The translations under genes were made by a program, and so were the position numbers. The notes under the pieces were generated by a model. It was not told the DNA's origin, searched no databases, and worked only from the letters and a program-made list of their open reading frames with translations. From positions 9,359,202 to 9,391,489 of the forward strand of contig NC_069006.1 of NCBI RefSeq assembly GCF_001194135.2: DNA of 32,288 bases, read 5' to 3'. The stretch is from Octopus bimaculoides (taxonomy: Eukaryota). The stretch's first letter is position 1; each line of letters begins with the position of its first letter. Positions 22,150-32,288 of this stretch are shown here, piece by piece.

Positions 22150-22800
22150 AATACACAAGCGCAGGGAATGAGGGTATATAAAATAAAGTGCATTGTCCCA
22201 GGAGTGGTGCAAGGGACATATTTTTCTAGCGTCAATCAAAGACCACCACAGATCCAGGGTAGCTGCCCGTTCCCATTTGTGTGACATGACCTACAGCTGT
22301 TTCCTGAAAACAGACCTATTTGTGATGCTTTTCTCATACAGCTTTCACCAAATTTACTGGAAGACAGCACCATCACAATCCACTCTCATTCCCCCTCCCC
22401 CTATAAATAGAACATGAAGAACTTGATGGGAGCTTCACCATGGCCACAGAGAAAAGTGTCTGGTTTCAGTCCTTCCAATTACAGTCTCCAGGGCCACCAG
22501 ACAGGAAAACAGCTTGCCCTTCTCCTTCTATGAACTGAGCAGTATTTGTAGAGCACCTTATATTTTGTCCTGCCAGGGTGGGACCAGTAGCATAACTAGG
22601 GGGTGGGATCAGTAGGTGCAGTCTGCCCTTGGTGACCCTTGGGTCTGCTGTAGGCGATGTGTTTTTTGTTGGGTCTGGGGGCAGCAAACAGAAGGGTACC
22701 TTGGGTGGCACAGACTCTAGCTACGCTAGTGGGTGGGACTTTGCCTTCCATTCTTCCTGGGTGTAAAGTTCCCATTGCATACCCTGGCATTCATGTTCTG
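22150..22800 (-). mobile_element. Degenerate L1/Tx1-like LINE ORF2 3' end, interrupted by a hAT MITE
   Basis: Broken reading EGQAVFL..., KGLKPDTFLCG...IKFFMFYL..., VLSSSKFGESC, followed by a pyrimidine-rich 3' region. The family assignment is from memory. Confidence 0.35.
22585..22731. mobile_element. hAT-type MITE
   Basis: 15-bp terminal inverted repeats (CAGTAGCATAACTAG and CTAGCTACGCTAGTG, 12/15 match) flanked by a perfect 8-bp target duplication GGTGGGAC (22577-22584, 22732-22739). Confidence 0.85.
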
Positions 22801-22859
22801 TTCCTTCAAAATGCATGGATTTATGCTTAACACATTATCATTATTATCATTATAGTAGT

Positions 22860-23088
22860 GAAGACAGCAGAACCGTCAGCACACCAGGTGAAATGTTTAC
22901 CGACATTTCATCCGTCTTTACGTTCAGAGTTCAAATTCCGCTGGGGTCAACTTTGCCTTTCATCCTTTTGGGGTCGATAAAATAAATACCAGTCGAGCAC
23001 TGGGGTCAATGTAATCAGCTAGTCCTCTCCCCGCAAATTTCAGGCCTTGTGCCTATAGTAGAAAGGATTATTATTATTATTATTATTA

Positions 23089-23120
<32 letters not shown>
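22860..23120 (+). mobile_element. tRNA-derived SINE, family B, with (ATT)n tail
   Basis: GCAGAA.CGTTAGC A-box-like and GAGTTCAAATTCC B-box; ends GTAGAAAGG(ATT)n. Related copies at about 3745-3880, 4125-4385, 4400-4600, 11640-11810, 11810-11960(-), 11970-12190, 14455-14712, 20400-20592, 23120-23340, 27842-28272 and 31198-31422. Confidence 0.85.
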
Positions 23121-23122
<2 letters not shown>

Positions 23123-23704
23123 GGTGGTGAGTTGGCTGAGTCACTAAAGTGTTGGAAAAATTCTTCACATTTCTTTCGGCTCTTTATGTTATGAGTTCAA
23201 ATCCTGCTGAGGTCAACTTTGCCTTTGATTCTTTCAGAGTCAATGAAATGAAGTACCAGTCAAGTACAGGGGTCAAAGGTATCAACTAACCCCCCACCTC
23301 CCATCAGGATTGATGCTCTTCTACTGAAATCAGAAACGATTATTTCTTCAAATCAAAAAATATTTTTTCAAATATACATTAGAAAATTGTTCACTTTTTT
23401 GGATTTTCTTTTCACAAAACAATCAATAAACAATATTAAAAAAATTTTTTAAATGAAAATATAAAAAAACATCCACCCTTATCTCTCTCTTAACCCAAAC
23501 TTAACCCCAGAAGTTTCCAGCTAAATGATTTTTAAGAAGAAAAAACACATTCCAAAAATTGGTGCTTAGTCATTCCAAATTAAGATAAAATAATCACAGT
23601 GACTTGTTTTTGTTGTTTTCTGGACTTTAGTCCCACCTCTCTCTCTCTTTATCTATCTATCGCTATCCACCTCTCTCTCTTTCTCTCCTCCCTCTCTCTC
23701 TCAC

Positions 23705-23963
23705 ATTAGGTTGTCAGATAAATCCGTTCATTTTTCTCTTCCTGGCCCTCTATCATCAGATATCCGAAAAAGGTAAAATTTATTTGAATTTCAAAAGCCA
23801 TAAGCGAAAGATGTAAAGGAAGAATAAAGCTACAAAAAAATATGTAAAAAAAAAACAAAAAAACGCTACAATGAAAATATTTTCCCTGTTAATTTAAATA
23901 GCATTAGAAAGGATTGAAAATAAATGAAAAAAAAAAAGGAAAAAAAACATCTGACAACCTAAT
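23705..23963. mobile_element. Tc1/mariner-like MITE
   Basis: Perfect 15-bp inverted termini ATTAGGTTGTCAGAT and ATCTGACAACCTAAT around an AT-rich interior. The TA duplication is not clean. Confidence 0.6.
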
Positions 23964-24345
23964 TCAAGAAAATATTTTTAAAAAATTTCAAAAACCCCAT
24001 CTACTAAGTTGATAAACACTGCCACCAAACCTGAGTGTTTCTAAACTGGACTCTTTGCACCTCTTCTTTTATTATTATTATTATTATTTTGTGTGTATGC
24101 TCTTTAAATAAAAGCAATTTAATATCTGCTGTTTATCCATAATCTTCTATGATTAACACTTTTAAGTAATGACAATCTTTTATTTACTTTTATTAATAAA
24201 CGTTTCGTTAATGCAAATAATTGAGAAATGTTGATGGCCTCTATTGTTTAAGGTGTTTGTTTTATCCATTATTTACATTCGACGGATATCTGTCCTCATC
24301 TTGTTTGTTGTTAAAAAGACAAAGGTGTTAACAAATAATAAATAA

Positions 24346-24695
24346 GGTACATAATTCCTCATCTCTTGAATATAGAACTGGATTATCTAATTGGTATGGA
24401 GCCGACATTAGACTTCAAAGGAGACATAGAGAGAAACTCCATCAAAAAAAAAAGTGTTAACAACAAACAAGTGGAGGACAAATATCCGTCAAATGTAAAT
24501 AGGGTACATAATTCCTCATCTCTTAAATATAGAACTGGATTATCTAATTGGTATGGAGCCGACATTAGACTTCAATGGAGACATAGAGAGAAACTCCATC
24601 AAAAAAAAAAAATGTTAACAACAAACAAGTGGAGGACAAATATCCGTCAAATGTAAATAGGGTACATAATTCCTCATCTCTTAAATATAGAACTG
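24346..24695. repeat. Tandem repeat with a 157-158 bp unit, about 2.2 copies
   Basis: GGTACATAATTCCTCATCTC starts at 24346, 24503 and 24661. The units are nearly identical apart from poly-A length. Confidence 0.9.
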
Positions 24696-24939
24696 TTTGT
24701 TTTATGCTGGTGTTTCTCAAAACGAGCAGTAAATTTTCTACTGCCTATGAAGGGATAGGAGAACACTTTATATGGGTACTGGAGTCAAAGGGAATGGTAG
24801 AGGGCAATCGGTGCATTTTCACAGGTTGTTTTTTGTATTTTTAACCTATTTGATGCTAAGTTTTATGGCAATATTATGACTGATATTAATAATCATAGAT
24901 TTTGAAATGTGTATTAGTAAATAGATAAAACTGAACATA

Positions 24940-25116
24940 GGCGCAGGAGTGGCTGCCTGGTAAGTAGCTTGCTTACCAACCACATGGTTATGGGTTCAGT
25001 CCCACTGCGTGGCACCTTGGGCAAGTGTCTTCTACTATAGTCTCAGGCCGACCAAAGCATTGTGAGTGGATTTGGTAGACAGAAACTGAAAGAAGCCCAT
25101 CGTATATATGTATATG

Positions 25117-25149
<33 letters not shown>

Positions 25150-25367
25150 GTGCGTGTGTGTGTGTGTATATGTTTGTGTTTGTCCCCCCAACAATGCTTG
25201 ACAATCGATGCTGGTGTGTTTACGTCCCCGTAACTTAGCGGTTCGGCAAAAAGGGACCGATAGAATAAGTACTAGGCTTACAAAGAATAAGTCCTGGGGT
25301 TGATTTTCTCAACTAAAGGCGGTGCTCCAGCATGGCCGCAGTCAAATGACTGAAACAAGTAAAAGAG
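24940..25367 (+). mobile_element. tRNA-derived SINE, family A (best-preserved copy)
   Basis: A-box-like TGGCTG..TGGTAAG and B-box-like GGTTCAGTCC, internal (TA)n/(TG)n, 3' end GACTGAAACAAGTAAAAGAG. Related copies at about 1565-1900(-), 1944-2295(-), 5519-5680, 5826-6200, 7634-7780, 8498-8670, 9850-10020, 12890-13190, 13846-14010(-), 29895-30093 and 31780-32143. Confidence 0.85.
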
Positions 25368-25698
25368 TATATAACACCTGTGTAAGTAAATTATAAACAA
25401 TGATCTAAAATATAATTTAAAAGACATTGTCAAAATTTGTGAGTATTTTTATACATGCAATAAAGGCACTCACTGCACTTGTGATGTTATGTAACATCCT
25501 GATGTATGCGTGTGTGTTTGAAAAAGTTAAATGATAACTATTAAGATAATTATTTTCCATTTTCATGATTAGATGTTTATAAATTGTACCATGTGATTAA
25601 TTAATATCTAATCGTTAAAGAGGAAAGCAATGAACAGAAAAATTTTTTTTACTCACTTTTCCAAATATACACTAATGTATCAAGGACTTTCTATTACT

Positions 25699-25730
<32 letters not shown>

Positions 25731-26594
25731 TGCAAATTAACAAGCCCCAGTTTTCTAGAGCTGCTGTAGTTGTTTAGTATATAAACAGATTGGCTGCTTG
25801 TTTCTCTGCGACTGGTCACATTGATGGAGACACCTCTGATGAGAATTCAATAAGATTTGAAAACCGGTTAAGGCAGTATGTGCATATATATGTGTATGTA
25901 TGCATGTATATTTATATCATTATATGATTGAGTGAAAGCACATGGCTCAGTGGTTAGAGTATTGAGCTTACGATCGTGAGGTTGTGAGTTCGAATCCCTC
26001 ACCGGGCTGATTGTTATATATGTATGTATATATAATGGACCTGGAAGTTGTTGTTCGCAAACAGCAGCAGTAATTTTCTTCAGCTGAATACATGTCATTG
26101 ATTGGTTAAAATTACCCAAATACGACAACTTTCACACAAAATAACTTCTAAACTACAAAATTTTGTCAAAAACGTTGTGAATAAACCCTGTTCTATGTGA
26201 CCCATTCTACCAGTATCGGAAGTTTCAAAGTGTTTAGTTTAAAAAGAAAATTAATTTAAAAATCTGGCCGTCAAACTGAATAAATCCGACACTTCACTCA
26301 CTTGCTCTCTTCTGGTCACATTCTGTTCCTTCTAATGTAGCTGGTCCCAGATGAAAAGAAATAATGCATTGCTAAGTTAAGACAGTTTTCTATTTTTCAT
26401 ACATTCATTCGCTATTAATACTTTTTAAATGTATTATTTACGAACAGCTAGTTTCATAAGCTAACCATTTAAATTGACCCCCACTCAATATATAACTTCC
26501 TAATCTCTCTCAGCCTTCGTTTCTCTTTAATTCTTCCTGTAATTTTGCTAAGAGAATTTCTAGTCTTTTGGATGTTTAATTCATCTGTAGTGGT

Positions 26595-26860
26595 GCGAAA
26601 TTATAGCCGCCATTGAGGAAGTACTATTCTGCACATGCGCAAGGGACTTCACCACCGGAAGCCCCTCGAGTGCGCATGCGTAGTAAAACTAGTACTTAAA
26701 GAGTGAGTTTCACTTTCTTAAGCAGTTGAGCGACAGACCTTCTACATGACAACTCCTCGCTCCTCAACACGATGCCTTCGATGGTGATAAATACTTGCTT
26801 CTCTGGCAGGCATCAAGGAAGCCCTTACCCTTCCAATACCAACAGCAACCCAATCAGCGG
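26595..26860. promoter_or_regulatory. Putative housekeeping-type, possibly bidirectional promoter
   Basis: CpG-rich patch with YY1-like GCCGCCATT (26606-26614), two NRF1-like sites TGCACATGCGCA (26630-26641) and TGCGCATGCG (26671-26680), ETS ACCGGAAG (26654-26661) and CCAAT (26850-26854). A + strand donor AGA|GTGAGT lies at 26702/26703. Confidence 0.55.
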
Positions 26861-27405
26861 CTGCTAAGCTGAGTGACACAGGATTTATAAAACAAAGTAT
26901 CATCCAAAATAAAACTTATTTTTATTATGTTGTTGAATTGTTCTACTGTTCCTTAATATAGAATGCTGTTGAAAGGTGATAGAGAGAGACTAATGTCTCT
27001 ATTACAACTATCAAACTTTTACACATCTTTCGCCATGAACACTTTAAATGTATATTATTTCAGATATGCAAGAAACCACGTTTTCAAAGTTTTTAATTCA
27101 ACAAGCATATAGATATGTGTGTAAAGCGATAGATAGATATGAATGTCTTCCTGGGGTTAAGAACAACAATCACACTGTCTTCTCTTGGACCGTCACGTTT
27201 AGTTAACAAATCTATTTTATGATTAAAACGGACAAAGATAAATAAATAAATAGACAGATAAATAAATAAATGGATGAAAAAGTTCGAAATTTTAAATTGG
27301 GGGAAGGGTAAAATTTGAGCTTCTTATTAAACTTTAGAACATGAATTATTAAATATTAATGTTTGTTTCAAATAAAATGGCGTATATTTAATCTACATTA
27401 TATTA

Positions 27406-27598
27406 NNNNNNNNNNNNNNNNNNNNNNNNNNNNNNNNNNNNNNNNNNNNNNNNNNNNNNNNNNNNNNNNNNNNNNNNNNNNNNNNNNNNNNNNNNNNNNN
27501 NNNNNNNNNNNNNNNNNNNNNNNNNNNNNNNNNNNNNNNNNNNNNNNNNNNNNNNNNNNNNNNNNNNNNNNNNNNNNNNNNNNNNNNNNNNNNNNNNN
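27406..27598. other. Assembly gap (N run)
   Basis: 193 N. Confidence 1.
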
Positions 27599-27841
27599 CT
27601 CTTGTACCATCTCTCAAAGTTAAACCTTGCTTCCGGTTGTAGCCTTTCTTTTAAAACACTTCACTCACGTACTCTCTTCTCTTCTGTTCACATGTGGTTC
27701 CTTCTAACGTAGCTGGTCCCAGATGCCAAATAATGCATCGCTACGTTAAGATATTTCTCATTTTTCGATCGTTCATACATTCGCCATTGATACTTTTTAA
27801 ATGTATTATACACTAACAGCTAGTTTCATAAGCTAACCATA

Positions 27842-28272
27842 AGGCAGGAAGCTGGCAGAACCGTTAGCACACCAGGTGAAATGCTTAGCGGTATTTCGTT
27901 TGTCTTTACGTTCTGAGTTCAAATTCCGCCGAGGTCGACTTTACCTTTCATCCTTTCGGGGTCGATTAATTAAGTACTAATTACACACTTGGATCGATGT
28001 AAATCAACTTAATTCCTTTGTCTGTCCTTCTTTGTCCCCTCTATGTTTAGCCCCTTGTGGGCAATAAAGAAATAAGAATCGTTAGCACACCAGGTGAAAT
28101 GCTTAGCGGTATTTCGTTTGTCTTTACGTTCTGAGTTCAAATTCTGGCGAAGTCGACTTTGCCTTTCATTCTATCGAGGATCGATAAATCAAGTACCAGC
28201 TGTGTACTGGGGTCGATCTAATCGACTCGTCCCCTCCCACAAAATTTCGGGCCTTGTGCCTTGAGGAGAAAG
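27842..28272 (+). mobile_element. Dimeric SINE family B copy
   Basis: Two consecutive monomers share an identical block of about 65 nt (CGTTAGCACACCAGGTGAAATGC...GAGTTCAAATTC). Confidence 0.8.
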
Positions 28273-28419
28273 TAATTTTGCTTAGATAATTTCTCGTTTT
28301 TTTGGATAATTAATTTATCATTCGCCAAGAACACTTTAAATGAATATTATTTACTAATAGCTGCTTTCATAAGCCAATCATTTAACTTCCTAACTGCTAC
28401 AAAAGTAAATGTGATGCTT

Positions 28420-29370
28420 TAGACAGAAATAACTACAGGTGTATCAAACTGCTGGATCAGGTGATGAAGGTCACAGAGAGGGTTATCCCAGGTAGAAGCA
28501 CCACTGATGCTATATTCCTGGTACGGCAACTGCAGGAGAAATACCTAGCCAAAGATAAACTCCTATACTTGGCTTTTGTGGACTTGGAGAAAGCCTTTAA
28601 CAGGGTCCCCCGATCTGATGGGCAATGCGTAAACTAGGGATTGACGAATGGTTAATAAGGGCTGTACAGAGATGCCACCGGTAAGGTTAGGGTTGGCAAT
28701 GAGTATAGTGAAGAATTCCGAGTAGAAGTAGAGATCCACCAAGGATCAGCCCTCAACCCCCTCTTATCATAGTCCTCCAGGCAATAACAGAGGAATTCAA
28801 GACAGGTTGCCCCCTGAGAGCTCCTCTATGCTGATGACCTGGCCCTCATAGCAGAATCACTACCAGAACTAGAGAAGAAATTTCAGGTGTAGAAGCAAGG
28901 TTTAGAATTGAAGGGCTTGAGAGTCCATGTAGCAAAAACCAAAGACCTAGTAAGTAGGAAGGCAAACACATCACAAACCCTTCAGGGTTTGCTCGATCTG
29001 TAGAAAAGGTGCAGGTAGAAACTCCATAAGATGTACCCAGTGTAAGCTATGGATGCATAAGAGGTGCAGCAACATCAAAGGAAGATAGCTTTCGTGTGCA
29101 CCAGATGCATAGGGGCAATAAACATCACAGATGCTCAGAACACAGATTCCATCACATGCCAGGGTGAGAAACTAGAAGTAGTTGATAGCTTCCACTACCT
29201 AGGCGACCAAGTCTGTAGTGGGGGTAGATGATGAGAGAGCGTTACCACTAGAATAAGAATAGCCTGGGTAAAGTTCAGAAAGCTTCTACCCCCACTGACG
29301 ACAAAGGGCCTCTCACTCAGAGTGAAAGGTAGATTGTAGGATGCGTGTGTGCGAGCTGCCATGCTTCACC
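28420..29370 (+). mobile_element. Degenerate RTE-clade LINE, reverse transcriptase region
   Basis: Frameshifted translation gives NYRCIKLLDQVMKVTERV, PGRSTTDAIFLVRQLQEKY, LAFVDLEKAFNRVPR, HQGSALNPLL and ELLYADDLALIAES (YADD at 28827-28838). Contains stops and deletions. Confidence 0.9.
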
Positions 29371-29469
29371 TCTGGAGGTATGCTGTGACTGAGAAGACCC
29401 AACAAGTAAAGTGAGATCACAGCTGTAGCCTATCCCAGTGTTGCATAACCAGCCCACCCAAAAAGTATC

Positions 29470-29885
29470 TTTGGATCGTCGGGCGACATGCCATGCTTAA
29501 AGAGACCTATTGAGTCAAGTGCATCAACATCAAAATCAAATGGAAATTGTTGTTGTGGCTGATGCCAGAGTCGCCTCACTGGCTCCCATGCTGGTGGCAT
29601 GCAATAAGCACCATCCAAACGTGACCGATGCCAGCGCCGTCTGACTGGCTCCCGTGCCCGTGGCACGTAAGAAGCACCATCCAAACGTGGCCAATACCAG
29701 CTCCCTTGCCCTATCTGGCCCCTGTGTCAGTGGCACATAAAAAGCACCCATTACACTCTCAGAGTTGTTGGCGTTAGGAAGGGCATCCAGCTATAGAAAC
29801 ACTACCAGATCAGATTGAAGCCTGACCCCAGTCAAACCGTCCAACCCATGCCAGCATGGAAAACGGAAATTAAACGATGATGATG
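29470..29885 (+). mobile_element. Repeat family C with (GAT)n tail; probably the RTE 3' end or its partner SINE
   Basis: Ends CCATGCCAGCATGGAAAACGGA..TTAAACGATGATGATG and has internal tandem units of about 60 bp. Related copies at about 705-1030, 2297-2397(-), 6295-6430(-), 9050-9318, 10060-10378, 13505-13680(-), 16858-17012 and 31070-31190. Confidence 0.8.
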
Positions 29886-30334
29886 TATGTATATATTTAT
29901 TTATATGTGTGTGTGTGTGTGTGTGTGTGTCTTTGTCCTCCCACCATCGCATGACAACCGATGCTGGTGTGTTTACGTCACCTGTAACTTAGCTGTTTGG
30001 CAAAAGAGATCATTAGAATAAGTACTATGCTTTGACTAAAACCCTTTAAAGTGGTGCTCCAGCATGGTCACAGTCCGATGACTGAAACAAGTGAATGAAT
30101 ATGATTTTATACCAGATGGAATAAACTGGCTTTAATTACATGACAAATGACTAAAGATTGCCGAAGAGAAAGTTTAAGAAAGAAATTAGCAGAAGAGGAA
30201 TTTAAAACCCAATTAGCAGGAGAGTTAATGAAGAGGTCTTTCTTTTGGCCATTTAACCTGCTAAAAATATAGACAAGATGGTCAGGGTTGGATAATATCC
30301 ATAGTGAAGGGCAAAGATGGATGGATAAATCACA

Positions 30335-30560
30335 GCACCAGTGCTACAGACATGAAGAATGTCACAAGGAAAGAATCACAAGACAGATTCTTCAAGCTGA
30401 GCCAACTGGCAGGAGACTTAGTGGTAGGCCAAGAACAAGATGGATGGATAAGGTTCATTATCTTAGTCGGTCCCATTTGGGAATCCAGCAGGAAAGTGCA
30501 ATAATGGTTGCTTCCAATTGGTGCCTAAGAACTCTATCACCTTGGGCTGAGAAAATAGAT
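30335..30560 (+). mobile_element. RTE-type LINE ORF C-terminal fragment
   Basis: ERITRQILQAEPTGRRLSGRPRTRWMD matches the typical RTE C-terminal G.R.RGRPR.RW.D motif. Confidence 0.65.
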
Positions 30561-30564
30561 GGAA

Positions 30565-30720
30565 GGATTCTTCTTCCAGACATAAATCCAAACTCCATTC
30601 CATCAGTCTTTGCCTTCTTCTTCATCTTTGACTCCAACATTCTTTCACAGTTCTTTCCTTCCATTCTCCAATAATTTTATTCCCTCTCTACAAGCCACAG
30701 TCCAAAGAATCCCCTTTCCC
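30565..30720 (-). mobile_element. RTE-type RT N-terminal fragment, opposite orientation
   Basis: Degenerate KG(D)SLDCG.YRGIKLL...ERMLE...EFGFMSGR motif. Confidence 0.6.
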
Positions 30721-31033
30721 CTAAAACTGATAGAACAGTCTGACTGGATATGACCAGTTTAAGTGCTAAAGGGTTTGACTTTTGGAAACATTTTTTCACA
30801 CTCAGAGTTGCTGACAAACTACCTGCATCAGTTGTTCGTTGCCAAGACATTGCATCCTTTAAAACCTCCATGCTTCCTGAAATTCGCCAACACTACACCT
30901 GATATCCACCCCCACCCACTCCATACGCATGCACACATGTATATCATGACTCATACACTGTGTACGTAATTCTATGTCCTGTACATACACCTTTGATGAG
31001 TTGTGGTGCACCTGAGCACTATACACAATAATT

Positions 31034-31068
<35 letters not shown>

Positions 31069-31779
31069 AACACTACCAGATCAGACTGGAGCCTGGTGCA
31101 GCCTCCTGGCTTCCCAGACCCCAGTCGAACCGTCCAGCCCATGCTAGCATGGAAAACGGACATTAAACGATGATGATGATGATGATGATTAACGATTCTG
31201 CGAGCTGGCGTAATCATTAGCATGCCAGGTAAAATGCTTAGTGGTATTTCGTCTGTCTTTACTTTCTGAGTTCAAATTCCACCGAGGTCGACTTTGCCTT
31301 TCATCCTTTCAGGGTCGATAAATTAACTACCAGTTGCATACTGGGGTCAATTTAATTGACTGGCCCCTTCTCCAAAATTTCAGGCATTATGCCTATAATA
31401 GAAAGGATTATTATTATTATTATAAATGAAAATTTTACATCAAAATTTCATGTTAATTTATGTCCCAAACATTAGCTTCATAATAATGAAGATATTTTAC
31501 TCAAGTGTTTATGTGCAAATTGAATGTAATGGGAATTAGACATGCACATTTTTATAGATATCGTTTTGGAACATTGGATCTTGAGGCAAATAGGCTATAA
31601 ACAATAGCATGTGAAGGTTGGGTTGAAAAAAATCCCTTTTGAATAGAGAAAAATCAAAGGCTACCTATGGGAACCAAAGCAACATCTTTGGTAAACATGA
31701 CAGGCCATTGGTCTAACAGTGGAATGCCCTTCATATTTACAAGTCTGTGACTTTTCCTATTCAATAAGTTTAGGTGCAG

Positions 31780-31885
31780 GGATGGCTGTGTGGTTCCAGG
31801 TTCAGTTCCACTGCATGGTACTTTGGGTAAGTGTCTTCTACTTATGAGTGGATTTAGTAGACAGAAACTGAAAGAAGCCTGTCAC

Positions 31886-31933
<48 letters not shown>

Positions 31934-32143
31934 CTTTTGTGTCTGTTTGTACACCCCATCATCACTGGAGAACCGGTGTTGGTGTGTTTACATTTCTGTT
32001 AGTAGTTCGGAAAAAAAGAGACTGATAGAATAAGTACTAGGTTTAAAAAAATAAGTCCTAGAATTGATTTGTTCAACTAAAACCCTTCAAGGCAGTGCTC
32101 CAGCATGGCCACAGTCAAATGACTAGAACAAGTACAAGAATAA
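31780..32143 (+). mobile_element. SINE family A copy
   Basis: Aligns with 24940-25367, with an internal deletion. Confidence 0.8.
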
Positions 32144-32288
32144 AACCCAATATTATTTATACCATGTCTACTTCAACATCCAATACCCCACTAAACCAAA
32201 AAAACAATTTCATGTTCTTTTGAGGTTTATAAGAAAAAGGCTTGGAAAAAAAAAAAAATAAATAAAACAGGCTTGGAAAAACTGGAAA

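Noticed and set aside
23761-23773. 13-nt + strand micro-exon with a good acceptor and donor
   Set aside because: It lies inside a MITE, and there is no + strand gene context.
24346-24695. Possible CRISPR-like repeat-spacer array
   Set aside because: The whole unit repeats with no variable spacers, and the context is eukaryotic.
25931-26006. tRNA-like sequence with A and B boxes
   Set aside because: No proper acceptor stem or cloverleaf. It matches the head of SINE family D seen elsewhere in the window.

Overview
Eukaryotic, AT-rich, microsatellite- and SINE-saturated genomic DNA. The repeat families and (TA)n/(CA)n/(ATT)n density look like an Octopus (coleoid cephalopod) assembly; this is inferred and not verified. 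There are two assembly gaps (19152-19991, 27406-27598). The clear gene is the 3' end of rootletin (CROCC): five + strand coding exons (522-651, 1322-1522, 2473-2642, 4667-4808, 6662-6982) with canonical, phase-consistent splice sites. A second, unidentified multi-exon gene appears to run on the - strand, converging on rootletin. It has a terminal exon at 10382-10597 and several small candidate exons up to about 21.1 kb, and it may start at a CpG/NRF1/ETS/YY1-type promoter near 26.6 kb. The rest is mobile DNA: four SINE-like families, an RTE-clade LINE with a YADD RT motif, relics of L1/Tx1-like and restriction-endonuclease-type retrotransposons, and hAT, mariner and piggyBac-like MITEs. The most notable non-genic signals are a Penelope-type inverted repeat carrying a minimal hammerhead-ribozyme motif (3940-3985, - strand), several long fold-back hairpins, an orphan + strand promoter/first exon with an X-box-like site, and a tandemly duplicated coding relic. 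Almost all ORFs in the supplied track are spurious (microsatellites, SINEs, N-runs).
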